Positions 48,801 through 58,734 of a DNA stretch of 64,000 nucleotides are shown here, piece after piece (positions within the stretch are counted from its first letter, which is position 1; every line of letters starts with the position of its first letter). The stretch spans positions 33,519,455-33,583,454 of the forward strand of contig CP154954.1 of assembly GCA_039621445.1 (NCBI GenBank), in the 5' to 3' direction. Below the pieces are notes generated by a model. That model made no database searches, was not told where the DNA came from, and saw nothing but the letters and a program-made list of their open reading frames with translations. Both the position numbers and the translations under genes were made by a program. The DNA comes from Euglena gracilis. Taxonomy: Eukaryota.

Positions 48801-49992
48801 TACTGGCTACCACTCTTTTTACAAAACACAAATATTTTGCAAAATGCATCTGAATTTCGCAAAATCCACCATTGCCAACCTCAATTGGACGAAAAATGTC
48901 GCAACTGTCTCGGGGGTAGGCAGTACAGTTGTGATTTTCTGGGGACCCCCCCCCCTGTACAGCTTCCAACCCCCCCCCTCGGACCCCCCCTCCCCCCCCT
49001 GTGCCTTGTCTCCGATGCCTAATTTGGTGTCAAAATACCAATTTTAAGTTGGGGGATTCCTAATTTGGAGCCTAAAAAGGATTTCTCCCCCAAAAATCAT
49101 TTTCGGTGATTCCTATTTTTAGCCACCGAAAATGTGGTGTTTCCCCGTGCCCCCCCCCCCCCCCCGGTGACCCGAACCACTCCCGAAAAATTTTTCTCAA
49201 AAATGGCGGTTTCGCAAGGAAAAAGGTCAAATTTTTGCTTTTCAAAAAAACATGTTTTTTTTGGCGCTTTTTTAAAAAAAAGTTTTTTTTTGTTGTTGTT
49301 TTTTTGTAAAAAAAAAAAAAAAAAAAAAACCGTCAATCCTGCCCCCCCCCCCAGTTCCTAGCATTCAGGCAATCTATTCAGCCTTCAACCCCTACCTCGC
49401 CGTCCCAAATGACACACAATCCATGGGAGAGGATTCCATTCGGGGGGGGGGGGGGCACTATTCGGAACGTTGGTCGAAAACCGAGGGGGGGGCTTTATTG
49501 GGGGGGGGTAGGGCGCCTACAAAAATTTTTTGTGGGGGTGGAGAACGTCTGTTTTTGCCCAAAGAAAATGCCCGGACACCCTCGCCCCCCCCCCAAAGGC
49601 ATACCTCCAAACCGTCGGAACCCGAAACGGCCACTCCAGGGGGCCGGACACTTTGGGGGGTGAAATTTTGGCCTTCAGGGAGGTGAACCAAAATTTGACA
49701 GAAAACTTTGTCCACTTTGCGGGGGGGTGAGGGTCTCACAATTACAAGTAACTTTATCTTCATCAAAGTAAACAAACATTCTTAACCTTTGGCATACCCC
49801 AAGGCCAGAGAAGGCATTGAAGACGATTGCCTTGTGTCCTCCTTCCACGAAGAAGAAGGAATTTGCAAGGCAAGCTGCAACGCCAATTCCTGCTACAGCC
49901 TTCGCAATGGCACCACCTCCGGCAGGAGGCTTCTTGGAGAAGGACTCGGTGGCCCACTTCTGCAAATCTTTCAACTTCTTCTGAGGGTCCAT
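23234..49992 (-). CDS. PHB2: Prohibitin-2 (SPFH/band-7), 291 aa. Exons: 49992-49798, 38865-38740, 36983-36884, 32102-31972, 31322-31192, 30677-30609, 23357-23234
   Basis: The spliced protein reads MDPQKK...[49 protein letters not shown]...[18 protein letters not shown]...[30 protein letters not shown]...[59 protein letters not shown]...[17 protein letters not shown]...[12 protein letters not shown]...*. The N-terminal extension and C-terminus fit PHB2 better than PHB1. Introns 1, 3, 4 and 6 are GT-AG. Confidence 0.93.
24181..24493. repeat. Long inverted repeat: ~115-bp near-perfect arms with an ~85-bp spacer
   Basis: CAGAAGCCCCCTGAGCTTATGGGAGTCCC...TTGCGCCGAAGCGCAA is mirrored at 24380-24493. 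Confidence 0.92.
25158..26149. mobile_element. Tc1/mariner (pogo-like) non-autonomous element nested in the larger element; TA TSD; HTH-like ORF remnant at 25815-26060
   Basis: TA|CAGTGCGGCTAAAAATTAC.GAAGACA.AAATT...AATTTTTGTCTTCCGTAATTTTTAGCCACACTG|TA. The peptide [14 protein letters not shown]...[11 protein letters not shown] resembles pogo N-terminal DNA-binding helices (inference). Confidence 0.7.
27799..28213 (+). mobile_element. MITE-like dispersed repeat, copy 1
   Basis: The ends AACCCCCCCAAATA...TATTTGGGGGGGTT are inverted repeats, and an inverted homolog lies at 32520-32875. Confidence 0.7.
28734..28814. repeat. 10-bp minisatellite (GGATCCGGTG) x8
   Basis: Directly visible; the last two units are GGGTCCGGTG. 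Confidence 0.95.
30678..31191 (-). other. Nonconventional intron (PHB2 intron 5)
   Basis: AA|AGGCAGGGT...ACCCTGCATCC|A. CAG at +4..+6 pairs with CTG at -8..-6; restores EKRSKIVLAEGE. Confidence 0.9.
32520..32875 (-). mobile_element. MITE-like dispersed repeat, copy 2 (inverted relative to copy 1)
   Basis: The reverse complement shares long blocks with 27800-28170, e.g. GTCACTTTTTCGGTCCAAAATCACAAATATGTCCACC. Confidence 0.75.
32968..33233. repeat. G-tract/GTTATTTG tandem repeats with one inverted terminal copy
   Basis: About 9 copies of GTTATTT(G)n; the inverted copy CCCCCCAAATAACAC is at ~32972. Confidence 0.85.
34132..34517. mobile_element. hAT-type MITE with a perfect 8-bp TSD
   Basis: CTAAATAC|CAGGCTTTTG...CAAAAGCCTG|CTAAATAC, with internal GCTAG motifs. 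An 8-bp TSD and CAGG ends are typical of hAT elements. Confidence 0.88.
36984..38739 (-). other. Nonconventional intron (PHB2 intron 2)
   Basis: GTC|ACAAAAGGTGCT...AGCATCTTTGACCT|GAT. A 9-bp stem in the +4/-6 register with A+5/T-7 and Y|R borders; the conserved protein fixes the junction. Confidence 0.9.
39712..39815. repeat. (TA)n and (CA)n microsatellites
   Basis: Directly visible. Confidence 0.95.
41920..42740. mobile_element. TIR element with subterminal ~30-bp tandem repeats (ACGTTTTCCATTAGGGCATCTGTGGCA)
   Basis: GCCAAATGCCTGCCCTGA..TGGTCATGA versus TCATGACCA..TCAGGGCAGGCATTTGGC. Repeat clusters at ~41975-42065 and ~42555-42630. Confidence 0.6.
42739..42852. repeat. Near-perfect 114-bp palindrome (45-bp perfect arms)
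   Basis: ACAAATTGTGGCTGAGCCCAGATTTCAGCCTGAAAACGTGTTCAG and its exact reverse complement, with an inner GGGCCCCC-GAA-GGGGGCCC hairpin. Confidence 0.95.
44544..45163. repeat. ~110-120-bp minisatellite, about 5.5 units
   Basis: Six copies of GCCAACATAGAAGGGATTTTGTTAT; units differ mainly in G/C run length. Confidence 0.95.
45570..45741 (+). repeat. Degenerate interstitial telomere-like (TTAGGG)n tract; shorter tracts at 44122-44152 (+) and 41787-41819 (-)
   Basis: Runs such as GGTTAGGGTTAGGGTTCGGGTTA. Confidence 0.8.
45741..46344. repeat. ~150-bp minisatellite, about 4 units
   Basis: AGACGACCAAGGGCG...GTGTCTGATTGCG.ATGC.CACAAAACGGTCCGGCA...AGGGATTTTGT is repeated. Confidence 0.92.
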
Positions 49993-50011
49993 TGTGCGGA
50001 TGGGTGGAGAA

Positions 50012-50027
50012 CTAAAAGAGAAGGAAT
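50012..50027 (-). promoter_or_regulatory. Probable SL trans-splice acceptor of PHB2
   Basis: The minus strand reads ttccttctcttttAG|ttctccacccatccgcacaATG. Confidence 0.65.
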
Positions 50028-50414
50028 CACTTGGGGTTTTAAACCAAGGGGTTTAGGAAATCGAAGACATTAGGTTTAAAGCTTTCTGGATAAAGCCCTC
50101 AAATTTTCACCATGTTTGGAGGTAGTTACTGTGAGAGGAAGAAAGCCTCACAAAAGGAGCAAAATTTCACCCGGATGGTAACTCGGATGGTGACACAAAG
50201 AGTTAGGGGAAAATAAGTCGTGGTTGGATAGGGCATTCCAAGGGCTTATTTTGCTTCATTGTCGAGATATTATGGAAAAATCAACCCAACCACAACCCCA
50301 AACCGGGCAGTTTTGGGCCACAAAGCGCGCTGGAAAACATGAGAGAAGGAAGAGATGGAAAGAAATCAGAACAGTGAGCACCCTGCAAAGGAATCAATGC
50401 CATGAAGTCCTCTT

Positions 50415-51985
50415 TTGGGCGCATTCCGTGAGGCGCTCTGGCTTCTCTCCCCCTTTTTTTCTCTTCCCACGTTCCCTTCTCTCCGCACGTTTGCTTCCGC
50501 GAACGGAATTCAAAAGCATAACGCGCTCTTTCTGCGGGACTCCGGGACTCACAGTGTGCAAGTGATCTCCGACTCCATCCGGAGTGCTGCCTGTGACATT
50601 GTGGGGGCACCCCTGTCTGCCTTGCATTGGAAACAAATCACCTTGCCGTGCAATAAGACAGGGTGGGGCATCACAGACCCCCAGTTGGAAAGACCAGCTG
50701 CCCGTTTGGCTGCTTGCGTGGGTTTTTCCCAACGAGCGCCAGGCTTCAATATCCCTCCGCCCTGGCGCTTGCTCCCGCTACCAGATACCATCCCCGTCGC
50801 CAAACTGGCTCGTGACACTTTGGGCCCACACAGCGAACCATTGGCTTCCTGGATCGCCAACCCTTCTTCCTTGGCCTGTTCCACCCCAGATCACTCCACT
50901 CAATCGTGGTGGGCCGAACGTTTCCACGCCGTGCGCGTGGCAACTTTGGAGGAGGGTGCACCTCTTCGGGACATTGCCAGGCTTCGTTGCCAATCCTCTG
51001 CCTTCCTTCAAAATTGGATGACCGTCTTACCATCCAGGTCGGTGAATACCGTCCTGGCTCCGGACGAATACAGACTGCTTCTACGCTTCTGGACTGGCTT
51101 ACCCCTGATCCCAACAACGGACATGCTCCTGTGCCCCCTGTGTGCTGAGGCAGTCGATCCATTTGGCGATCACCTCCTGGCTTGCAGAAGGAATGGCATA
51201 ACAGAAAGGCACAACTGTGTTCGTGACGCCATTTTTGACCTGTGCCAGCGCTCCGGCATCACTCTTCGCAAAGAACAGGGATGCGAGGGTGGCACCCGTG
51301 ACGCTGATCTCCTTCTCCTGGGGTGGAACAAAGGGAAGCATCTCGCTGTGGATGTCACCATTGAACACCCGCTGGCCCCATCACGGTGGCCTCTGAACTT
51401 GACCCGAGTTCAGCGCACTTTACCAGACGCTGAAATGCACAAGAGAACACAAGCTGAAGAACGGTGCGCCCGCCACCAGTGGGAGTACATCGGGGCTGCA
51501 TTTAACCCCTGGGGTTGCACAGGACCGGCAGCCTCCAAACTGCTACGCGATGTCTTACGCCTCGCGACCAATTCATATTCTGGAACAGCCAAACAACGAA
51601 AACTTCAGGAATTGACCGAAAACCTGGCCATCACCCTGGCCCGTGCAGTTGCACGGCAGCTGCGGTTGGCCGAAAGAGCCACAGATCGTATGATCCTGAA
51701 CTCATAAGGTGAAAATGCTCCTCGTTGCACCAGCTTTCCGGAGCCACAAAGCCGGAGAACACCACCGCGCATGCACACTTCACACCTCTCCACCCATCAT
51801 CACTCTCTGCTTGGGCTTTGCCCTTGCTCTCACCGCTCGACCCACGCTCCTTCGTTGTATATAGCCTCGCACCCTCGAACACTCAAATCCAGTAGGCTGT
51901 GCCACTGGTCGGTGGATTCGGTTCGCCCCACCACCGTTTCCAAAAGCCGCAAAGAGGAAACCGCCAGACAAGAAAACGATATGGA
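50415..51985 (+). mobile_element. CRE-clade non-LTR retrotransposon, family A, 5'-truncated (ORF to 51707: thumb, CCHC zinc knuckle, restriction-like endonuclease)
   Basis: Motifs ITLPCNKTGWGITDP, CPLCAEAVDPFGDHLLAC, RHNCVRD, RDADLLL, AVDVTI, AEMHK are co-linear with the family B C-terminus but strongly diverged. Confidence 0.88.
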
Positions 51986-52007
51986 TCTGAGTGTCTATTT
52001 TTTTTCG
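51986..52007 (+). other. Genomic copy of the Euglena spliced-leader exon (nt 5-26)
   Basis: TCTGAGTGTCTATTTTTTTTCG matches 22/22 nt of the E. gracilis SL as I recall it (ACTTTCTGAGTGTCTATTTTTTTTCG). It is followed by element sequence, not by the SL RNA intron. Confidence 0.9.
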
Positions 52008-54042
52008 TCTGCATAAATAAATAAAAAAAGAAGTTTTTTCGTCTGCATAACCACCATGGCTGCAAAGGGGCCGGATGGCCCTCCAGAAGACCCCAAGACT
52101 CAAGACAATACACCCCTTGTCAATCAAGCTGCTACCACAACCAACCCTTCAAGTACACCTACTTCTGCAGTGGACACTGGACAGTTGGAGCTGCTGGCCA
52201 AGATGTTGTTGCCGCTGTTGGTGCCTGTGCTAACCACTGCTGTGGCACAACGACTCACTGCTGACCGCCCTGTACATAGTGACAGAGAAAGTCAAGACAG
52301 CAGCTCACAGAGAAGGAAGAGGACGTGGCAAGAGAGGGAAGAGCATGAAGAGTACCTACAGAGAAGGTTTGGAAGAGATTACAAGCCCCCATGGCAGAGA
52401 GGTCGACCCAGTTATCATATATCTCAACAGAGTTCTCCTCAGCCCCAGCTCCATCAGCAAGTGAGTCTGGGGCCCCACTGTACAGCAAGCCCAGCAGTGG
52501 GCATTCAACAGTCAGGCCCATCAGTGGGCATTCCAATGAACAGCCCATTCCAATGCCCACCAGTGGGTAGAAGTCAAGTATGTCCATCTGTCACATCAAT
52601 CATACAAATGTACATTCCATCACAGACCAACCTTTGGGGTGAACCCCAGCAATCTCAGCAACCACTGCAATCAAACTGGAGCAGAGAAGATGACCAGAGG
52701 AAGAATTGGACCAGAGAAGAAGAGCAGAGAAGGAGAGAGGCTGAACTCTTCAGAAGCCTCAGAGCCTTTCTCAGCACAGGCCAGAGTACTCAAGTCCCCC
52801 CCCTCCCAACACCATTACACAACCCTGGCCTGCCAGCACCCTTAATCCCACATGTGGTACTGGCATCACCATCAGCCTTTGCTTTTCTGCCTGCAGCTTA
52901 CCCTTTTGTCTCACAAAATCCCCCCCAAAGAGGGGACAACTCAACACAATATGTTCACCTAGTAAAACAAATGGATCAAGAATTTCATCCCAAGGCAACT
53001 CCAAATCAAAATGAGTTGGCAAAACAACCCCCCCAACCCAAAAGAGGAGGATCATCAACCCCAGCCCAATGCAACTCCAAAAAATCTCAGCACCCCCCCC
53101 AATATCAGCCCCCCCTGCAAGAGGGGGGGGGCCAGGCCCACCGTTTCGCATTTTTAAAATTCCAACAAAACCCACCACGTTTGATGGCACACAGTGGGCC
53201 AAACTGGGCACAGTGATCCTGCAGGAGGAACCCAGCCCCTTTCAATGGCAAGACCCCCCCCAGGCAACAGATTTACCAGCCTCCCCACCCAACACCCCCC
53301 TTGAAGGGGTCCCAGTTTGGGAAACACCAGAGTTTCGGTCCCTCAGGGAAGAATTTTTTTGGAGAAGGCGCATGAGACAGCAAGCAGGAGGCATTTTATT
53401 TCACGAGATGGTCGCCAGAAAACTGGCCAACATTCAGGAAAAGTGGGTCGACATCGGCAGAACAGTGGACATTCGGCAGTCACAAAAAATGGTGCACACA
53501 GACATGAAACTCACGTTGCCACTGGCAGCGCCAAACGTTGTGCAATCGCCCCCCCCACCAAAAAAGTACTTATCCTGGAACGGATCAGAATCGCCCAGAT
53601 TCTTCATCAATACCGACCAGAGGAACAACGTGAGGAAGGAGTGGACATGTCGCACATAGAAAAAGTACGCCGAGCTATCGCACAAAAAATCAAACAAAAA
53701 GTGCCTGCAGCAGAAGCAGTCTGCCCCCCGAGGACAAAGAAGAGGCTGACACCCTCCCGAGAACCAACCCTGCCCATTGCCTGGCGATACTGCCCAAGAA
53801 TTTGGCAGATGGAAGACATGCCCAGACCGTTACAGTTTGCGTGTGAGGTTGGATTGGCTGATCGTCTTTCCCCGTCTGTATGGACCGCCAGCGATCTTGA
53901 TGACTCAAATGACTCCCTGTCGGACTATTACTCTTGTGCTGCCACAAAAAAATTCCGCATGGCAGAAACAGTCGGCAACATACACCTCTGCTCTGCAAGC
54001 CCACACGGGGGGAAGAATCCGGAAGACGCATATCTGAAGACG

Positions 54043-54096
54043 GGGCGAGGTGATTCCCTGACAACAATGGGTGATGTGGAAACCAATCCAGGCCCG
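54043..54096 (+). other. 2A/StopGo-like peptide 1: GRGDSLTTMGDVETNPGP
   Basis: Matches the D(V/I)ExNPGP consensus and resembles T2A (EGRGSLLTCGDVEENPGP). Confidence 0.85.
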
Positions 54097-54451
54097 CTGA
54101 CGGCAGTTAATGGCCCCTGTGGTGAAGTCATGGATCTATTGGACCAACTTGTTGCCATGAACATGACTGATTTCTTTCGGATCAAGGCCGAACTACCGTT
54201 GCGGAAAGGCCTCGATGGCTCCTCCCAATCACTTCTTCCCAAAGCTACATACTGACTGAAATGCACTTTGTGTGACATTGAAACCATCACTGCCTCGGCA
54301 GGTTGGTGCTTGCACCACAGGGAAACCTGCCCTGTTTTATTCAGCCACAGTATTTCCATCTATTGAGATAGCAAAAGTACACTCTGTAACAAGCCGAGGA
54401 TACACCGTAGAACAAACCCGGGAAAAGTTTTCAGCAGGACACCAGCCGACT

Positions 54452-54505
54452 GGAAGGGGGGAACGAATCACCACCCATGGTGACGTCCAAACACAACCAG
54501 GACCC
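54452..54505 (+). other. Variant 2A-like peptide 2: GRGERITTHGDVQTQPGP (also 61784-61837 in B2)
   Basis: Same GRG-x6-GDV-xxx-PGP scaffold with E>Q and N>Q substitutions. Confidence 0.65.
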
Positions 54506-55142
54506 ATCTACTTCCGTCTGGCCACCATGGAAAGACCGACAATCCCTGTCTCCAGGGGACTTCAAGAAAACTTCGTTCGGCACAGATTGCTGGCGAGCCT
54601 TCAAGAGGTGGATGCAGAACTTCAAACGTTCCGAGACGCCTTCCCTTCCGATGTCCTGGTTGAGGACACTACCGTCTATGAGCTCACCGAATGTTGGGAA
54701 GTTTTGAGAGGAGTTCTGTTTGTGCTCATAGGGCTATGGCCACATCGACCACCACGTCACGACTCCCCATCGAGTGTGCATGCCATTATGTGGTTGCTGA
54801 CTTGTTTATGGTCCGAAGTATGCAACATCGGCGAGGCCTTTCACCTCTACCTGCCCCCTATTCACCTAATGACACTACCAACGTTCTCCGGCCGAGAGGC
54901 ACTTTCCCCAGAGTACCCCCAACGGAGCCCTCCTCGTCCGACCTCTCCCCATTGAATGTGCACACCGTTGATATCCTGGACATCATGGCCTTCTTACGTC
55001 CGACAAGATCAGCAGTTTTTTTGTTGACCGTCATGTCCGGAGGGCACGACGGACAGCACAAAGACAACCAAACTACCAACGAGGTGACCAACACGGTGAC
55101 ATAAGCCCTAACGACGCTGTCATAGCCGAGACGCCCACACAC

Positions 55143-55187
55143 CAAGATGTCACACTTTGTGGTGACGTTCAGCTCGAGCCGGGACCT
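55143..55187 (+). other. Variant 2A-like peptide 3: QDVTLCGDVQLEPGP (also ending at 62519 in B2); not shown in the ORF track
   Basis: Found by manual translation; in B1 it is in frame with peptide 4 with no intervening stop. Confidence 0.6.
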
Positions 55188-55379
55188 ATTCACCGGATAA
55201 CCCCACGTGAAGGACCCCTATCCCTGCGACCTAGCACCCGGCCCCATTGCCGACGACCGACTTGCCCTCTGGCCCCAGGGCCTTCTAAGTTGTCAAATGT
55301 GGCCCCAGGGCACGCCAACCATGTACGGCAACTGATTGACCAGGAAAAAACGCGGTATGGGTACAGTCCCCCCTGGTGT

Positions 55380-55433
55380 GGCAGGGGCAAAAGCCTTGCC
55401 AGTTGTGGCGACATTGAAAGCAACCCAGGTCCC
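55380..55433 (+). other. 2A/StopGo-like peptide 4: GRGKSLASCGDIESNPGP (also 62710-62763 in B2)
   Basis: Canonical GDIESNPGP at the start of the frame that runs into the RT. Confidence 0.88.
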
Positions 55434-58400
55434 ACAAAAACCCGCCCTCCCCAGCAGGAGGACGTTGAAATGGCCTCAGCCGCACAGACCTCTGCTGTGC
55501 CGCCGACGGAGCGACCACTCCTTGGATCTTGGTTTCCAATGCACTCGACGCCGCTGTTCTCGCCTACTTTGTCCCAGGCTATAATGCCGTTTCCCAGTTT
55601 GAACGGGGGCCCCGGGTGTGCGCCGCAGGGCCAGGGGATGATTGAGAATTTTGTGCCGTCCTCACCACAAGGGCAAGAGCAAGAGTGCCTAAATGGTCGA
55701 AGGCCGCAGCCCCCCGTGGCCCCAGCACCAGCGCAATCCTCGACGAACGCTGATACGCTGCAAGTCACTCCCTTCTCGCAACCTTGCCCACCACTGCAGC
55801 CATCTTGGGAAGAAATTTCCCAAGACAGTCGAGGCACGTTGGTCCATATCCCACGGTGAGCGTTGCGAAACGTTGGGCTCGCCTTTTGCAGCACCCTCAG
55901 TCGCTTTGTGTCCAAGCCAGGATGGGAGACCCTACACGCACTTTGGTGCTTCCCAAAAGCTGTGCTTGCTCCATTGAAGCGCAGCGGGAAAAGCCATTGG
56001 GCTGCAGTTGGACGGAAAATTACTGAGAGAGCCAATGCCTACCTCAACCGGTCCACAGAAGATTCGTGGGATGAGACTCGCCAAATTCGCGATGCGCAAA
56101 ACCCAAAGAAGAGAACACGAAGTCAGACAAAAAATTTCGATGCAGAAAGCCAAGAAAGATTGTGCAACCGTGTTCAAAGCCTTGTCAGCCATGGGGCGGT
56201 CAGTAAAGCCTGCCGCATGCTGACTTCTGATGGAATCCAAGATGCAGATGACCCGCTAATCTTGGAACGGTTGGCTGCCTTGCACCCTCCTGAACCCCAA
56301 CCTGGAAGGCAAAATCTGCCTCCGGACTTCCCTCGCCTCGAATTCGATCTCAGTGAAGATGCAACCAGGGAGCGCCTAATTGAAATACGGAAAGCAGTCA
56401 TGTCATTCCCGAAGGAGTCCTCACCGGGACCGTTTGGACTTCGTCCAGATCGTCTCAAAGACATGCTCTCTGATCCCCTGGGGACACAATCTGAACAACT
56501 CCTCACAATTTTGGACCAATTCATCCGAACATGTTTGACAAACGGAATTGACAACTCAGTGGCATGGATTTTCGCTGGTGCCCGTTTGACTCCTCTTCGA
56601 AAACCCTGCAATCCAAGCGAAAACCTTGATGAGCTTGGCAATGCCAACCCCATTCCTGACCCAAAGAAGGATGGCGCGCGACCAATTGCAGCTGGGGAAT
56701 GCCTGCGCCGATTGGTGGGCAAATATTTGATGAGGCACCCCAAAATCAGGGACCGCCTTAAAGAACTGCAGCCACTACAATGCGGTGTAGGGGTCCAGGG
56801 GGCATGTGAACTCATTGCTATGGGACTGCAGCAAGAAGTAAATCACCTGCACAGGCAACAGGACAGCACCTAGGCTTTGTTACAGGTAGATTTCAGCAAT
56901 GCTTTTAATTGCGTAAAAAGAAAGACAGTCCTTGCTGAAGTGGCTAAACGCTGCCCGGAGGCGTACGTTTGGTTCGAGAGTTGCTACGTCGAACACAGCC
57001 CGCTCTTTTGTGGGTCATCACACCTTCGGAGTGCCTCTGGCGTACAACAAGGGGACCCTTGTGGCCCAGCCGGATTCGCCTTGGCGCTGCAATCTCTCGT
57101 CGAGTCCTTGCAAGACGTGGTGCCACTCCAATTGTGGTATTTGGATGATGGACACATCCTGGGAACCCTCCCACAATTACATGCAGCAATTACAGAGATT
57201 CAACGACAGGGGACGCTACTAGGCATACACCTCAACGCAAAAAAATGCCGCCTGTGGGGCCCTGCAGCAACAGAAGCCAATCGTGCTGAAATGCCGCAAA
57301 ACAGCCCACTTCGTGCAGTCCCAATCGTGAACTACTCCCCCGATTCTGGTATACGGGCCCTGGGATCCCGGTATGCTATCCACAAAGTGGAGGTTTTGCG
57401 GGGGAAGTGTGGGCTGAACGTGCAACAAGTGTGCAAAAGCTTGCCGGGCCCTTTTGAACCTGCCGCAAGCCCATATTCAGTTCTGCCTCTTACGAACCTG
57501 CCTAGATGCATGCAAAGTTAATGACCTCCTGCGTGCAACAGAACTGGGGCAGGCAAATGACGCATGTGCTTTGTTGACCAAAGAAATCAGGAACACAATG
57601 AGCAACATTGTTGGATCCCCCATCGATGACAACCAATGGGCTCAGGCCACCCTACCTGTGCGTCATGGCGGACTCGGAATTCGGGACCCATCACGGGAAC
57701 GTCTCCCAGCACGGATATCCGGCATTGTGATGTTTGTCAGCAATGGCAGACGCACCCTGGGCCTGGCAGACCGAGGAGTACCGAAAGACACTGCGGAGTG
57801 CCTGTCTTCTGCCAACTCCATCCTCGAAGGAACTCCCCCAACGCACACATGGGCCGCGGATGTATCACTCTTGAACGAAGCCCAAAGCCCTCACATTCAA
57901 CAGAAGTGGTGGGGTGAATGCTTTGCGAAACAACGGCAAAAGGTATTATCCTCCAACCTTCACGGTCAAGACGCCGTCCGGTTCGCAAGCCAACAGCGGC
58001 CCCACGCAATGGCCTGGGCTTCTGTCACACCATCCTCTGGACTGAAAACATTGGTTGCTTCTGCCGAATTCAAAGGATTTCTAAAGTGGTCACTGGGAGC
58101 AGCAGTTTGCCCACCAACGGGATCAACGTGCCCACGCTGCACCAAGCCAATGGACAACCTGGGTAATCACCTTGTATGCTGCAGCTCAAATGGCATCACG
58201 CGGCGACATGGTGCAATCCAGGACTTTGTGTTCCAACTGGCACATGATGCTGGGTTTACAGCAAAAAAAGAACAAGGAGGTCTAGAGAGAACACGCCCGG
58301 GCGATGTGCTCATCAGCAGACTTGACGCCAATGGTCCTGGAGCAGTGGATATCACAGTGAGACACACAGCAGCACCGTACAGACCGTTGCGTGACGCAGC

Positions 58401-58734
58401 TGAACTAACTGAATGGTATGAACGCCAAGAGAAAGAAAAACATTCAAAATATGACGCCACCTGTGGGAGGATGGGATGGACCTGCATTCCATTTGTTGTT
58501 GACTGCTATGGCAGCCTAGGCCAAGAAGCGCTATCCTTAATGTCAACACTGATGAAGCTTCTCCTCGGTCAACAAGATGCATGGTCAAAACGCAAAACTG
58601 AGGCCGACACATGGCAACTTCTATCAATCACTGTTGCGCGAGAGATCGCGCGACAAGTAATCTGGGGACGGTATGCAGGCAACGACACAGATCCAGACGT
58701 AACCAACACCATACACCAGCCGTATTGTCTGTAA
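55431..58734 (+). pseudogene. RT-CCHC-RLE coding region of B1, with premature stops at 55857-55859 and 56871-56873 and a frameshift near 57360-57450
   Basis: The TGA at 55857 is GGA in B2. The TAG before ALLQVDFSNAF is plausibly a mutated TGG. Confidence 0.85.

Noticed and set aside
51986-52060. Functional SL RNA gene
   Set aside because: The SL exon is not followed by a GT donor and SL intron, and no linked 5S rRNA gene is visible. The same holds at 59373.
52790-53570. Programmed frameshifts in the N-terminal region of family B
   Set aside because: The breaks fall mostly at C/G/A homopolymers, and several differ between the two copies, which fits sequencing error or decay.
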